A stretch of DNA of 64,000 nucleotides from Octopus bimaculoides (Eukaryota), in the NCBI RefSeq assembly GCF_001194135.2, contig NC_068989.1:40733199-40797198 (forward strand). Direction: 5' to 3'. The notes beneath the pieces were generated by a model. That model searched no databases and was not told where the DNA came from. It saw only the letters and a list, made by a program, of their open reading frames with translations. Each line of letters begins with the position of its first letter. The stretch's first letter is position 1. Of this stretch, positions 1 to 12,190 are shown piece after piece. The translations under genes were made by a program, and so were the position numbers.

Positions 1-639
1 AATAGTATTATAAATCCTGTTATATAATACAGATGTTGTAAACTGGTTTCATGATACTAATTATCGGCCCATAAGCCGCAATTTGGATGATGCAATATCG
101 TTTTGTCCTTACTCTTATCGAAATCCGTTTATACCCTTGTTTATATGTTCATCGTATCGAGGACGTTTCCGATAACGCTTGCTAAGGCAACTTAAATTTC
201 TCTGCACTACTTCCGTTCTAAGATTAAGGTGTAGTTTTTCAAGGTTTACTCATTGTTCGTCAAAATTCAATTATATTTGGTAACTAGAATGTTATTCTAC
301 TTTTTCTTTGCTTAACTCTACTTTGGTACAAATATAAGACAATTTCTTCTACTACCTAACAGATTTCTTAGCGTGGTATTTTTTTTCTTGATGTTGCTGT
401 TGTTAATTCTAGTCCCACCGATGTCAATTCTGTTTGTCATTCCTTCGGAGCCACCACAATATTATTACTGGTGTTTTTCTCTGTTGAGGAAGCTGTGATG
501 GTGGTGGTGGTGGCAGTAGCAGCAGCAACGCTAGTCTTAGTGTTCATACTGCAGATAGGTCGTGTGTTATTTTACGACACTAAAAGCTGGTCATAAACAA
601 TGGCAATGGGTTTTTAAGGTTACTTCATCAGCTCATTTT

Positions 640-1400
640 TCGGAGCTGCTCTCTTAAAATTCTCAAGATTTTTTCAGATTCCCAGTTATGTGATTTCTGC
701 AATGTTCTGTTGTAGTTTCAAGCCGAATTTTCTACTTGGGTGCTTTTAATTTCTTTTTTTGCATATTCGAAGAGTAACCACTACAACCAGCACTATTTCA
801 CTTTTCTTCTACAATTCCATGTGCCATACTCGTTTCTGCTAATTTTTCTCCTCGAGTCTTGATATCTCTCAATAACTTTTCTATTCTTCCGTTTCCAAAA
901 ACTCTGAGATCACCTGGAAATGCTACGTTAGCTATTGTGCATTGTCTTTCCCTTGTGTTGACGCACACAATGTCAAGTATCATTACTTCTATCACTTCCT
1001 CAAAACCGAATTTTGAATTCCCATAACAATTTCACTTACTCCTGTCATTCCACTACATTACATTGATGTTAGAAACACCTACCAGCTCTCTTTAAATTAT
1101 ATGTTTCACATAGTTGTCAATGAACATTGTGTTCAGTATTGCCATATGACTTTCTGTATTCTCTTTGTACCAGCTCACTACACTTGCTGTTTCCACCATT
1201 TCTACATTAAGTTTTATATGAGGATGATAATGAGATTATCTAGGACTGTCATTATTAGAAATTGATTAATGATATTCTAAGTCGTGAATCACTTGAACAG
1301 GAAAGTTAAATAACTTGTATGGTATGTTCTAAGCGCTCGTTCTAATCCTGCACAGATTAAAACTTTAGTTCTCGCCTTTGAGTCTCACTTTTCACGTGTC
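640..1400 (-). mobile_element. Decayed R4/Dong-clade non-LTR retrotransposon 3' fragment (zinc-knuckle region plus REL endonuclease)
   Basis: Minus-strand translation across frameshifts gives KARTKVLICAGLERALRT (cf. ETEGLIxAAQDQALRT), ILDIVCVNTRERQCTIANVAFPGDLRV (cf. PDIVxxDKxxxxCxIIDVAxPGDxR), YQDSRRKI and EIVLVVVVVTL. Boundaries approximate. Confidence 0.6.
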
Positions 1401-1954
1401 CGTGGCTTATTTCTTCTGTTATTCATATCTCTGGCATAAAAGGCATACATTGTTTCCTACTATACTACCTTAACTATTTCTCCGCTTCCGATTCTTTTAT
1501 ATTCATCTATATCTATGCAATCAGCCAAATCACACCAAATTATACCAACAGACTTTTATTCTAATCAGTAACAATTCTGAACTACACATCATCACAGATG
1601 AATATCATCGTTTCTTACAAATTCTTCTCATCTTACTAAAATTCTCTCGTTTTCCATAATAAAAACCATAAATCTTATAAAATACAACAACCCAGGGCTT
1701 TCTGATCGAAATAATTATTTCGGCGTTTTTCAAACTGATAACAAAACCGTCTGTCAGTTGTCTTTTGAGCAGATCACATTTAAACAAGAGATGCTAATAA
1801 AAAAGAAGGTAGGAAGAAAAGCACAAGGAATATAATCAACGTTACAATAACTTGATGTCAAGCAGGCGTAAGCAAGATGTAAATGGTTTACTAAGTGTTT
1901 AGTGGTCTATTTTAAAATTCCGATACGATGTACTTCTTAAAATACGATCATAGG

Positions 1955-2095
1955 GAAAAATGTGTTCAGTATTGTCATCTATTCTCTTTGTGCCAGGTTA
2001 CTGTATTTGCTGTTTCTACCGTGTCAACAACAAATTCTATATGAGGTTGATAATTAGTCTATCTAGAACTGTCATTATACGAAGTTGATTAAGGG
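1955..2095 (-). mobile_element. Second diverged copy of the R4-like segment at ~1130-1270
   Basis: Aligns by eye with 1130-1270 (ttcagtattg...attctctttg...cttgctgtttc...atatgagg.tgataat...ctag.actgtcattat...ttgattaa). Confidence 0.5.
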
Positions 2096-2100
2096 CATAG

Positions 2101-2156
2101 AACCCATAGAACCCATACATGCCTAGAACCCATACATGCCTATAACCCATACATGC
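2101..2156. repeat. 17-bp tandem repeat (aacccatacatgcctag) x~3
   Basis: Read directly: units at 2110-2126, 2127-2143 and partial 2144-2156, preceded by a truncated unit. Confidence 0.9.
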
Positions 2157-2239
2157 AACAGCATCTTTAACAGACACGATTAAATTACCTTTCCTTGTCT
2201 ACCTAATGTTAAGTCATATACCAGTAAACAACAGACGAC

Positions 2240-2645
2240 TCAATGTTCTCTAGGGTACAAGTATGATATATTTTTCTTCTGTTTATGAAGCACGGGTTTA
2301 GCAGACTATGACAATGACCCTACATAAATCAAACATTATATAGGAAACCTGGAAGGAAAATTTAAATCTATTTATAACAACCTTCTTTAGAATTTTATGC
2401 ACCGTGATAAGAAACAGTCATTGATACTTTCGACTTTACTCAGGAAACTTAAAGACGAAGGGACCAGTTTCGACATCACATGGAAAATCCCCACCAAAAC
2501 CAAATCCTGTATTCACAGGTTCAGAAAATGATCAATATGTTCGCTTGAAAAGACTTCAGAACCAACAATAAATACATAAATTCCAGGAACGCAACTTCAC
2601 CTGTATGTCCGCATTTCACGAAATACATCTTGTCAGAATTTTAAA
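2240..2645 (+). mobile_element. Penelope-like element GIY-YIG endonuclease remnant
   Basis: Translation SVYEARV...KHYIGNLEGKFKSIYNN...LSTLLRKLKDEGTSFDITWKI...K*SICSLEK...INSRNATSPVCPHFTKYILSEF* follows the PLE GIY-YIG layout (VY..YIG..FK.RY.NH..W.I..C..C..EK..LN.R.E...C.H). Contains stops and a frameshift. Confidence 0.7.
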
Positions 2646-2687
2646 ACAGACCACTAGATACTTAGCAAACCATTAACATGTTGTTTA

Positions 2688-2921
2688 CAGTAATCCCTCG
2701 ACTATCGCGAGTGTTACGTTCCCTGCGATAGGTGAAAATCCGTGAAATCGAAACATTACTGTATATTTTTGTTACTATTTTTATAATCTGTATATATATA
2801 TATAATTATTATTATTATTATTATTATCATTATTATAAATGCAAAACAACACCACGTAGCAATCGATTTAAGTTTAAATAATAACCGCGATAGGTGAAGC
2901 GCGATATGGGGAGGGATTACT
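2688..2921. mobile_element. pogo/Tigger-like MITE
   Basis: Terminal inverted repeats CAGTAATCCCTCG..TATCGCG / CGCGATA..GGAGGGATTACTG; left end preceded by TA; internal (TA)n and (ATT)n. Confidence 0.6.
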
Positions 2922-4899
2922 GCACATCTGCCTGACGTTGAATTATTGTAACGCTGATTATCTCCCTTATGTTTTCCATCTTGCCGCTTTCCATATCAGC
3001 GTCTCGTTTGAACGTCATCTGCTCAAAGACCATCACAATCTGTGGAAACTTTTTTTTTTTTCATAATACGTGTGACATAACATGGATTGTGTTTGCAGTG
3101 TTCACAGATCATTGAGCAGCAGTCAAAAAGTCAGTATTTTGATAATCGGCGTGAATCATCATAATACAGTTCAATTTTTCAGATGGATTCCAATCCTCCA
3201 TGTCGGCTAACTTTTTCTCAATAACGTTAATCTTTATGCTCTCCAACGTTGCTGACTGTTCGCTAATACATCAAGCTGCTTCTGAGGAAAGGTGTCATAA
3301 AAATCGTCAAATTTGGCCCGAATACCTTGTACATGTGGGTATTTCTGCACATCCGCCCTTGTGGGTTTATGTATGCATTTGTTGTCACTGGTCAGCCGAA
3401 ACAGAAGTCTACATGACAGTTGAAACCTGACTTTATGTAAGGTTTTATAGTACAGAGCAGCAGAGATGTTAATGATAGTCGGCTTATGTGAAAAAGTAGA
3501 ACATAAATGGCTAGGACTGCTGTGTACCTGACATAACACAGGATGATTAATAGTATAGCCTTATAAATATACTAGGTTGGAGATAACTAAATATATTGCA
3601 ATATTTAACTTTGTTCTTTGGTTTGTTGTCAAGTATATGGTAATCATTACACTTCTGTAGATACTACGCACAAGTTCAAGTAATATGTTAACACGTCATG
3701 TAACTATTTTTACTTTACTTGTATACTCGAGTCGAGTTACGTTTGAGTAGAGTATTATACTCAACTGTATCTTCCTACATGATTACACCAGTATACACTC
3801 CATAAAGTGTGACTAATTGAATCTGATTGATGAAATATGAGAGAAAAGTAGATCGTGAAATTCAATACACTGCTGTAATCATTAGTAATGTTTCGGCACT
3901 ACCACCTGTCTGACCGGATAGTTAGTAGGACTACATGGCAGTATGACCGCATGCGTAAGTTCCACAAGTGACATGGTCCATTTACGCAAGAACCACAAGG
4001 TGTTACAGCAATGTAACTAAAAAACAGAAGTCTCTTGAAATCGCTGTTTTCCTAGAACTCAGGGCACACCTCAATAATTACCAAGGATGACTTAGAAAGA
4101 AGTATACTCCATCGAGTTGACTTGCTTTAAAGTAATAAGAATTAAAGAAGTAAATATCGGAATGTCTGCTTGTCTGCCTTTCCATATGCCAATATATTTA
4201 CTGTAAAATGTAGATAAGCTCTTCATCCGCTCATACTTCATATTTAAACCGATAAAGAAATAATTAAAAACGAGATACGAGTATATGTACTAGCAACATG
4301 AACACAGTCGCAGAGATATAAACTGTTTAGAAGTTTCGTCGCAAGACTTTGAAACAGAAATTAATTGATAGTTATGAAATAACATACATAATTTAACCAT
4401 ATTAATTACTTCACTTTTTAAACTAAGATAAATTCTTACCAAATGAATTAGTTAAAAAGATATTTCGTTTATCAATACATCAAGCATTACAATGAAATGA
4501 TTAATGGCTTTCTGATAAGGGAATTTCGTGAACAGAAAACTTATCTAATAAGACTACTTGTTAACATGTTTGCATGAAATGACTTATAGTACCATCTACC
4601 TTCGTTAGATATAACAATAATGGGTTGAAGTTTCCATTCCAAGTAATTCTTCTATATGTAAGTATTCGCCCCCTAGAATACCGTAGCGCATAAACCACCT
4701 ATTTCTCTGTCACACTCTAACCTTTTATCATCTGATATTGGACCACCTCCTCCAATGCCCCCTCCGTTATAGCAAGGCACCTGTTTCTACCTCTCTGTCT
4801 CTTTGTCACCCTCTAGCCTTTCATCCTCTGACACGAGTTCCCCTCCTCAAATGTCCTTGCCCCTCTCATAAGTCCTTATTTTGTAAATAACGTGATAAC

Positions 4900-5146
4900 C
4901 CTTGCATTTAGAAGGGCATCCAGCTCTAAAAATCATGCCAAAGCTAACCTCACCTGTGCTTATTGTCACGTAAAAAGCATCGAGTCCACTCTGCTGAGCG
5001 GTGAGTGTTAGGAAGGGCATCCAGCCGTAAAAACCTTGCCAAAGCAGACACAGTAGCATAAGGTAGTTTTTAGATCTGGCCAGTTCCTGTAAACCGTTCT
5101 ACCCATGTATGCATGGAAGATGGACGTTAAACGATGATGATGATAA
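4900..5146 (+). mobile_element. 3' part of an RTE-tail-type SINE ending in (GAT)n
   Basis: aggaagggcatccagccgtaaaaacc...catggaagatggacgttaaacgatgatgatgat; the gggcatccagc motif occurs twice. Confidence 0.5.
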
Positions 5147-6045
5147 AACTGGCTCTTCAGCTACATCCATTTGTGGGAGGCGGAAGTATTTTGTTGTGCA
5201 GCATTTATAGATAGATGTACATGGAAACGAATATAACATTCTGATTCTATTCAATAATTTCAACCAATAATTTTGGATAAATGACTACAAAGATAAGACA
5301 TTGCAATAATTAAGTTATCGAATACTTTTATGGCTGCTTTCAATTTTAATCTATTGATAAATTATAACATGCAGCAAAAAGATAATATACATTGATAAAT
5401 ATCGGAAAAGTAATACACAGCTAATAATCAGTAAGCAATATAAAATTTAATGCAAAATTTTAAATAGCAATTTATATTTGTCCATCCGTCCTTTAATTAA
5501 TAATGACATCAACAAGATTGTCATCATCGTCTGGTGTATTTTTACAGTTGTGGTGCCGATTGTTGTACTTATAGCATAGTAGTAATGATTGTGGTACAAG
5601 ATGAGGTGCTGATGGTTGTGGATCGATTTCGCCCAACATCCAATCATCGAATTTGTCCAATATGTATGTGGTCTGTAATGGCACTGGAAAACACTGCAGT
5701 TTATGTGTGTTTTTTTTAATTTTTAATTACTGAATCTGGAGGAAGGAACACTAACTGCAGCCTTCGCGGGCCTTCCAGAAAAGTGATGTTGATGCTATTC
5801 CAAGTCTACACCTGCTTGGAAGACATGAGAAAGGACAGAGACGAAAATGTTCAACATTCTTGTTATGTGCATTGGTTAGTGTGAGTTTAGGGTTAAACAC
5901 AACAGGAGTAGTGAGTGTGCAGAGAGTGAAATGTTTGAAGTAGCATAGGTCCAGTCAACTCCCTAATAGCGGTAGAAAAGGATGAGAGGCAACAGTGCTC
6001 CATTTAAAATTTCTTTCGTATTCGTGCCACAAATCTGTTTAGTTT

Positions 6046-6049
<4 letters not shown>

Positions 6050-6089
<40 letters not shown>

Positions 6090-6928
6090 TAAGGCAGCGA
6101 GCTGGCATAATCGTTATCATGCCGGGCGAAATGGTTAGCGCTATTTTGTCTCCCGCTACTTCTGAGTTCAAACTCCGCCGAGGTCGACTTTTCCTTTCAT
6201 TTTTTCGGGGTCGATTAAATAAGTACCACTTACGCACTGGGTCAATCTAATCGACTTACCCCTTCTCCCACAAAAATGTCAGGCCTTGTGCCTATAGTAG
6301 AAAGGATTATTATTATTAAGGCAGCGAGCTGGCAAAATCGTGAGCTCNNNNNNNNNNNNNNNNNNNNNNNNNNNNNNNNNNNNNNNNNNNNNNNNNNNNN
6401 NNNNNNNNNNNNNNNNNNNNNNNNNNNNNNNNNNNNNNNNNNNNNNNNNNNNNNNNNNNNNNNNNNNNNNNNNNNNNNNNNNNNNNNNNNNNNNNNNNNN
6501 NNNNNNNNNNATTATTATTATTATTATTTAAGGCAGCGAGCTGGCATAATCGTTATCATGCCGGGCGAAATGGTTAGCGCTATTTTGTCTCCCGCTACTT
6601 CTGAGTTCAAACTCCGCCGAGGTCGACTTTGCCTTTCATCCTTTCGGGGTCGATAAATTAAGTACCAGTTACGCACTGGGGTCGATATAATCGACTTAAT
6701 CCGTTTGTCTCCTCTGTGTGTAGCCCCTTGTGGGCAGTAAAGAAATAGGTATTTCGTCTGCCGCTCCGTTCTGAGTTCAAGTTCCGTCTCGGTCGACTTT
6801 GTCTTTCATCCTTTCGGAGTCGATGAAACGAGTACCAGTCAAGCACTGGGGTCTATGTAATCGACTGTCCCCTCCTCGAAAAAATTTCACGTTTTGTGCA
6901 TGTAGTAGAAAAGTTTATTATTATTATT
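6050..6928 (+). mobile_element. Head-to-tail array of tRNA-derived SINE family A (about 4 units, interrupted by an N-gap)
   Basis: Units start aaggcagcgagctggca (A-box-like), carry gagttcaaa (B-box-like) and the core gaggtcgactttgcctttcatcctttcggggtcgataaa, and end agtagaaaggatt(att)n. Starts at 6091, 6318, 6530 and a 5'-truncated unit near 6748. Confidence 0.85.
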
Positions 6929-7990
6929 CAACATTTGGCAGTTTCAGGCAAATTTCTGCTGCATCACCTGCTTTACCTCTGTGTTTCTGGGACGAGTGCA
7001 GCGTTGTGTGTTCTTTTGTGGCTGTTGAGGGAGTGCAAACTCTTCCCGATATTCTATTACGTCAGTTTCTTTTGTTATGGTTACAGTCTTTTGCTGTATC
7101 AGTGTTTGTATCATGTATTGTGTGTGTGATGCTAGTTGTGTCCTGTTGAGCATCCGGCCCGTTAGTGGCTGTTTATTTTATTGGATATTTGCTATATAGA
7201 GTGTGTCTTGTCTTTGTGGATTGTTATGTTTGGGTTGTATAATTGAATTGATACTGTATTGCATAGGATGTAGGCTGTTCGTAGAAGTGCTGTTGTTTGG
7301 ATAGTGTGTAGTATTGAGGGCCCAGGTATAGCTTTTATGGTTTTGTTCATATGTATTTTAACATGCTGAATGCTCCAGTTATTACTGGTATTGTTTTCAA
7401 CCTCATGTCTCACATCTTGAATACTTCAATTTCGAGGCCTTTGTACTTAGACAATTTCTCCAGTCTTTTTTCCACGATCTTTGATTATTATATCTGGGCG
7501 ATTATTATATCTGGGCGATTATTATATCTGGGTGATTATTATATCTGGGCGATTATTATATCTTTGTTAGTTTCAACAGACATATCTCAGATGGTTGTGG
7601 CCTGGTTGTTGTCATGTACCATGTTTGTCACATGTTTATGAAATTTTTGGCAGTTTTTAAGTTGTAGTGTTAGCATATTGTCCACTGGATATAATTATTT
7701 ACTCGGCCTCGTCTGTATATAGCTATATATTCAAATTTGGCAGGGACTGTGCAGCAAAAGATATGGTCAGCTGTTTCATTCTGCTGGTTGCACATTCTGC
7801 TTTTGGTATTAAGGCCTGTTTTCATTATTTTACTTTTATAGTTTGTAGTCAGGAATTGGTGTTTTGCTGTGAATATCAGTCCTTCTGCTTCATTTTTTAA
7901 CCCAGAGCTTTTGAGCTGGTTGATTCCTTTGTTATTCATTCCATTGAGATTTTCATCAAGTCGTTTGAACTCCTCAAAATGTTGACGACA
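6929..7990 (-). mobile_element. R4/Dong-clade retrotransposon 3' fragment with 3'UTR ending in (AAT)n
   Basis: ORF 7670-7939: LKNEAEGLIFTAKHQFLTTNYKSKIMKTGLNTKSRMCNQQNETADHIFCCTVPAKFEYI...NNYIQWTIC. Downstream: EKLSKYKGLEIEVFKM*DMRLKTIPVITGAFSMLK...IPGPSILHTIQTTALLRTAYIL, a typical REL-domain C-terminus. Confidence 0.85.
7483..7563. repeat. 17-bp tandem repeat (gattattatatctgggc) x4.7 inside the R4 remnant
   Basis: Read directly; one c>t variant in the third unit. Confidence 0.9.
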
Positions 7991-9610
7991 ATCCTCCGAA
8001 TATTTGACTAGGATGTTCTTTATTCGTTAGATTATAGAGTTACAATAAATTTTGCCTTCTTAATGAATGCACAATAATATTCGATATCCAAAACAAAAAT
8101 AAATACTACATTTCTGTTGTTGTAAATGACTATCAACTCAATATCGCTATTTTTTCCGAATAACTTTTTGACAGATTCGCCTTTAGTATACACAAAATAT
8201 ATTACTTATGTTAAAAAAGAAGTCGCATGCTTCTTTGACACTCTGACAAAGTGGTTCTTGGCCTTTAGGTTTTTTTTTTTTTTGTAGCTTCCCTTTTTAA
8301 GTAGTTGTTATGTCTAGTGCCCATTTAACTGGCAACTGTGGTGTCATGACCAAACTAAGTTAACATGGATGATAATATATGAATTTTATTCTAAACATGG
8401 ATTGTATAGGCTTTTAACAGTAAAATGATAAATAATTAATAAAGACAAACGCTGTAAATTTACTTCATATATTGCAAGTTAATGACTTCCCAGTGTCTGA
8501 TGAGATATAGCTAAAATTTCTATATCAGGTTGAGCAACTGTGTTGATTCTAAGTTTCTCGACCTGAGAGAAATAACAGTACACTACTTATCTCTCATTTT
8601 ATTTTAATAACCCATACAAGTTATATTATGTATAATATGATTACTACTATAGGTAATATTTAGTATTTAAATTGTTACCTCACCGACCCCTCACCAACCA
8701 CTAAAGTCTAATGCCAGGTGTCCACCCTGACGCGGTACAGCTCACGTTGTGAACCTCTGCTCGAAACTATAAGCGTTTAACTAATTAGGCAATATAAATA
8801 AATTTATATGGCTTTCATTCATTGTCAATAGACCGCATAATGCTATATTCAAGACGTACCTGTAATTCCGAAAAGCATTTCAAAAGACCAGAATTTGTAT
8901 TCACCACATGCAATGGTTGTTAATTTTCTTTCAACACTTGATAACGCTGAAATATTTTCCATCTTCCGTCTAATGAAATGCTTAGTCATACCAAGGCATT
9001 GGCTTGTGATCATCAGTCTTTTTGATCATCACTTTGCTGTTTTGCTTTCAAATATTAATGATTGGTGCAGCTGATTCACTGTAATCAAATAGTTCCATTG
9101 TGCCAGTGCCATTCAATAGCTCACATTCCAATTTTCTTTAACCAATCCACCTTTTGAAAACGTTGTAGAGCTAGTCTCCAAATACATTCGTATCGCATCA
9201 GGACGTCATCAAATTGTGCTCTATGTTCATAAAATGGCCTAAGCCTGGTGAGAATACATCGCGATCGTTATTACCTAAATCATTAATTTTACTTGTAATA
9301 TTCAAATTAGCTGAATCGACATCATTAACAATTCATCAATGTTATTAAGTATAGAAATTGGTGACATAAAGTACTTTTAACTAATTAATTCCGCTAAATT
9401 AAAACTTTTTTTTAATCGATAACAATGGTTCCAAATTTTATCGCTGGTTATAGTTATCAGCCTTCAACTTCGGTGATTTCTGTTGGAGGGGTTAAAGGAT
9501 ATGCCAAGCAAAATGTACTAAGCACTACAATGCGAATTCCATCGTCTATAAGAAGGCAACCAACTAAACACACACACACACACACACACACATTATNNNN
9601 NNNNNNNNNN

Positions 9611-9654
<44 letters not shown>

Positions 9655-9724
9655 GAGAGAAAGAGAGAGAGTTTGTGTGTTTGTGTATAGTCTCATTTAT
9701 AAACATTAGTCTATTATATGTTTA

Positions 9725-9890
9725 AACGAGGCTGTGTTTAAGAAGCTTACTTCCCAGCCATAAGGTCTTGCATTCAGTCCCACTGCATAGCATCTTGAGC
9801 AAGTGTATTTCTACTATAGCCTCTGGCTGACTATAGTCATGTGAATGGATTTGATATATAGAAACTGAAGAAAGTATGTCATATATGTGT
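9725..9890 (+). mobile_element. SINE family B fragment (tRNA head plus CORE-like body)
   Basis: ttcagtcccactgc...cttgagcaagtgtatttctactatagcc...gaatggatttg...gaaactgaagaaag matches the other B copies. Confidence 0.5.
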
Positions 9891-10962
9891 GAGAGAATTT
9901 GTACCTCACCACTGTTTAAGAACTGGAGATGGATTTTTTTTTTTCATTCCTGCAACTTGATGGTTCGTCGAAAGAGAACTCTTTAGGAGGGTCTTCGTGG
10001 TGGGGCTATGGTTATGGTCCATAGGGAACGGACGCCAATGCTACCATTTCGTCTTCTACCCTACGTCCGAACCTTCACTGACACGTTCACCAATGATAAA
10101 CAGTAATCGCCTCTGTTCCTATGCCGCTATAACAATTTCTGTATCGCTGACACCTGTTTCCCCCGCAAACGTATCCGTCACTGAACTTGGTACAGTCCGG
10201 ATGGCCACATCCGGAAGGCTATCGACTATATCATCAGTATCTACTGCCGTTGGAGATCATTCGTCACTAACTGTTGAGTCTACAGAGGGGCTCAACTCGG
10301 AAGTACCAGCCATCGATTGCAGTCTGCGATACACACGCTGAAGTTGAGAGCGGACCCTCCACAAAATACCAGCCCCACCCTGACTCATCTTGTCTCTGTG
10401 ATCCTAACATCGCCACATACTCTATCACTAAATACTTCAGAGCTCTGGCCGAGAATGAGACTGACAAATGGGAGATCTTCAAATCAAGTGTGCACCAGTC
10501 TTCATGTGATGTCCTGGTAATATTTTAGACGATGCACGAAAAAGTTTCCCATATATAAATACCATGTATTTATCTTAATGCTGGATTACAAGCAATTTTT
10601 TTGTTCTCTTCCGCCCACCTTCTCTCTACGCATAAGCATACACATTCAAACACACACACATACATATTTATATGTATATCATATATCAGCCATATAAAGT
10701 AATCCCGACATTGTTAAATTATCGCTATTTACACAATAGTATATTTCTCTAAAAACAATGTATGTTCAGCCCCTGTACGAATTCCCTATCGAAAAACAAA
10801 ACTAACATATAAGAACATGTTCTATCCTAGGTAAAGAAAAACAAAATTCAACAGGACAACAATAACGAGCAGATATTAACGTGAAAACGAAAACATTAAC
10901 ACAACCGAATTAATTCAACCTCGTAGACACTCAGCTTATACGTACGTATGTATGCATGTATG

Positions 10963-10993
<31 letters not shown>

Positions 10994-11822
10994 TTGTATG
11001 TATGAGTTTATAGGTGTCATGTGGCTCGATTCTATTATTATGCCTTCCTATTAGCAGTACTGCTCTACTTTGAGATATTTCACTTTATTGACTTCTCTCG
11101 CTAAGTATTTCCGACAAAAGAGTACTTTCAGTAAGACAGCGAAATATTTATCCATATAATTAGTGTTTTGTGTGTGTGTATATATATAGCATGTGTGATA
11201 CGCTATGAGTAAAATAACTTTATATTTGTGTAAATGTCATATCATTCTCTTTTCCCATGATAATATGGCTTCAAGGCTATCTCCAAAACGACTTTCAATT
11301 TTCTAGCTGTCAGTGATAGGCACGGTATGTGCACAGACACACATGGTCCTCCTAAAATTAGCCTCCTTTGTAAATTGGAATCAAACTACTGATAATTCTA
11401 ATTCGTAAGCAAGAAGTTTTTTTGTGAGAAAAGTGTCAATAAATTTAATTCGTGTCAAGTAGGCATCGCTGATATCCATCTTGTTTTGTTTTGTTGTTTT
11501 TTTTTCGTTATAGTTTTTCTTTTTCTTGTTGCATCATTCTAATATCATAAAGACAGATTTCCATCTTGCTTTTTTTTTGTGTATGCATCAGTACAATATC
11601 ATAAAGACAGAGAACAAAAACAGTATTACTATGAAGTTGAACAGTCACAGACACTAGCATTCATCAATTTCAAAAGAGTTTATCATAAATCTAGATGTTG
11701 TGTTTGACAACAAATGTGTTGATCTTCTGCGACGAATTTTAAAACACTGGTGTCTAATTTAACGTTCTAACGGTCAATATTATGTTATGGTTCCGTGAGT
11801 CTGAGTGAATGCGTCTCTCTCT

Positions 11823-11855
<33 letters not shown>

Positions 11856-12044
11856 CATGGTTAAAAATAAAAATAGAAACACATTTGATCGCACAGCCAT
11901 CATATAGAGAATTACGCAAAACATTGGCAGGATTGACGATGGAAGCTTCTATCAATCGCTGTGTGTTTGAGAGCATTAATTAGTTTGGTAAAATGATGAC
12001 TATTATAGATTCACATTCGTTCACGTCAACTGAGAGTTGAGGTG

Positions 12045-12190
12045 TGGAGGTGCAATGGCCCAGTGGTTAGGGCAGCAGACTCGCGGTCGGAGGATCGCAG
12101 TTTCGATTCCCAGACCGGGCGTTGTGTATGTTTATTGAGCGAAAACACCTAAAACCTCCATGAGGTTCCGGCAGTTGTACTCTTTCTCCC
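12045..12190 (+). mobile_element. SINE family C, 5' fragment
   Basis: ggaggtgcaatggcccagtggttagggcagc...tttcgattcccagaccgggcgttgtg...tttattgagcgaaaacacctaaaa matches the full copies at 55911 and 60249. Confidence 0.75.

Noticed and set aside
2930-3540. ORFs 3200-3430 and 3234-3539, possible Tc1/mariner debris
   Set aside because: No catalytic motif or TIR pair could be confirmed.
5493-5684. Minus-strand DDWMLGEI resembling the GPCR ECL1 WxFG motif
   Set aside because: Wrong strand, no following TM3 Cys or hydrophobic helix.
6050-6928. Repeat-spacer-like arrays that could be mistaken for CRISPR
   Set aside because: Units are ~200-bp diverged SINEs joined by ATT tails; no unique spacers or cas genes, and the context is eukaryotic.
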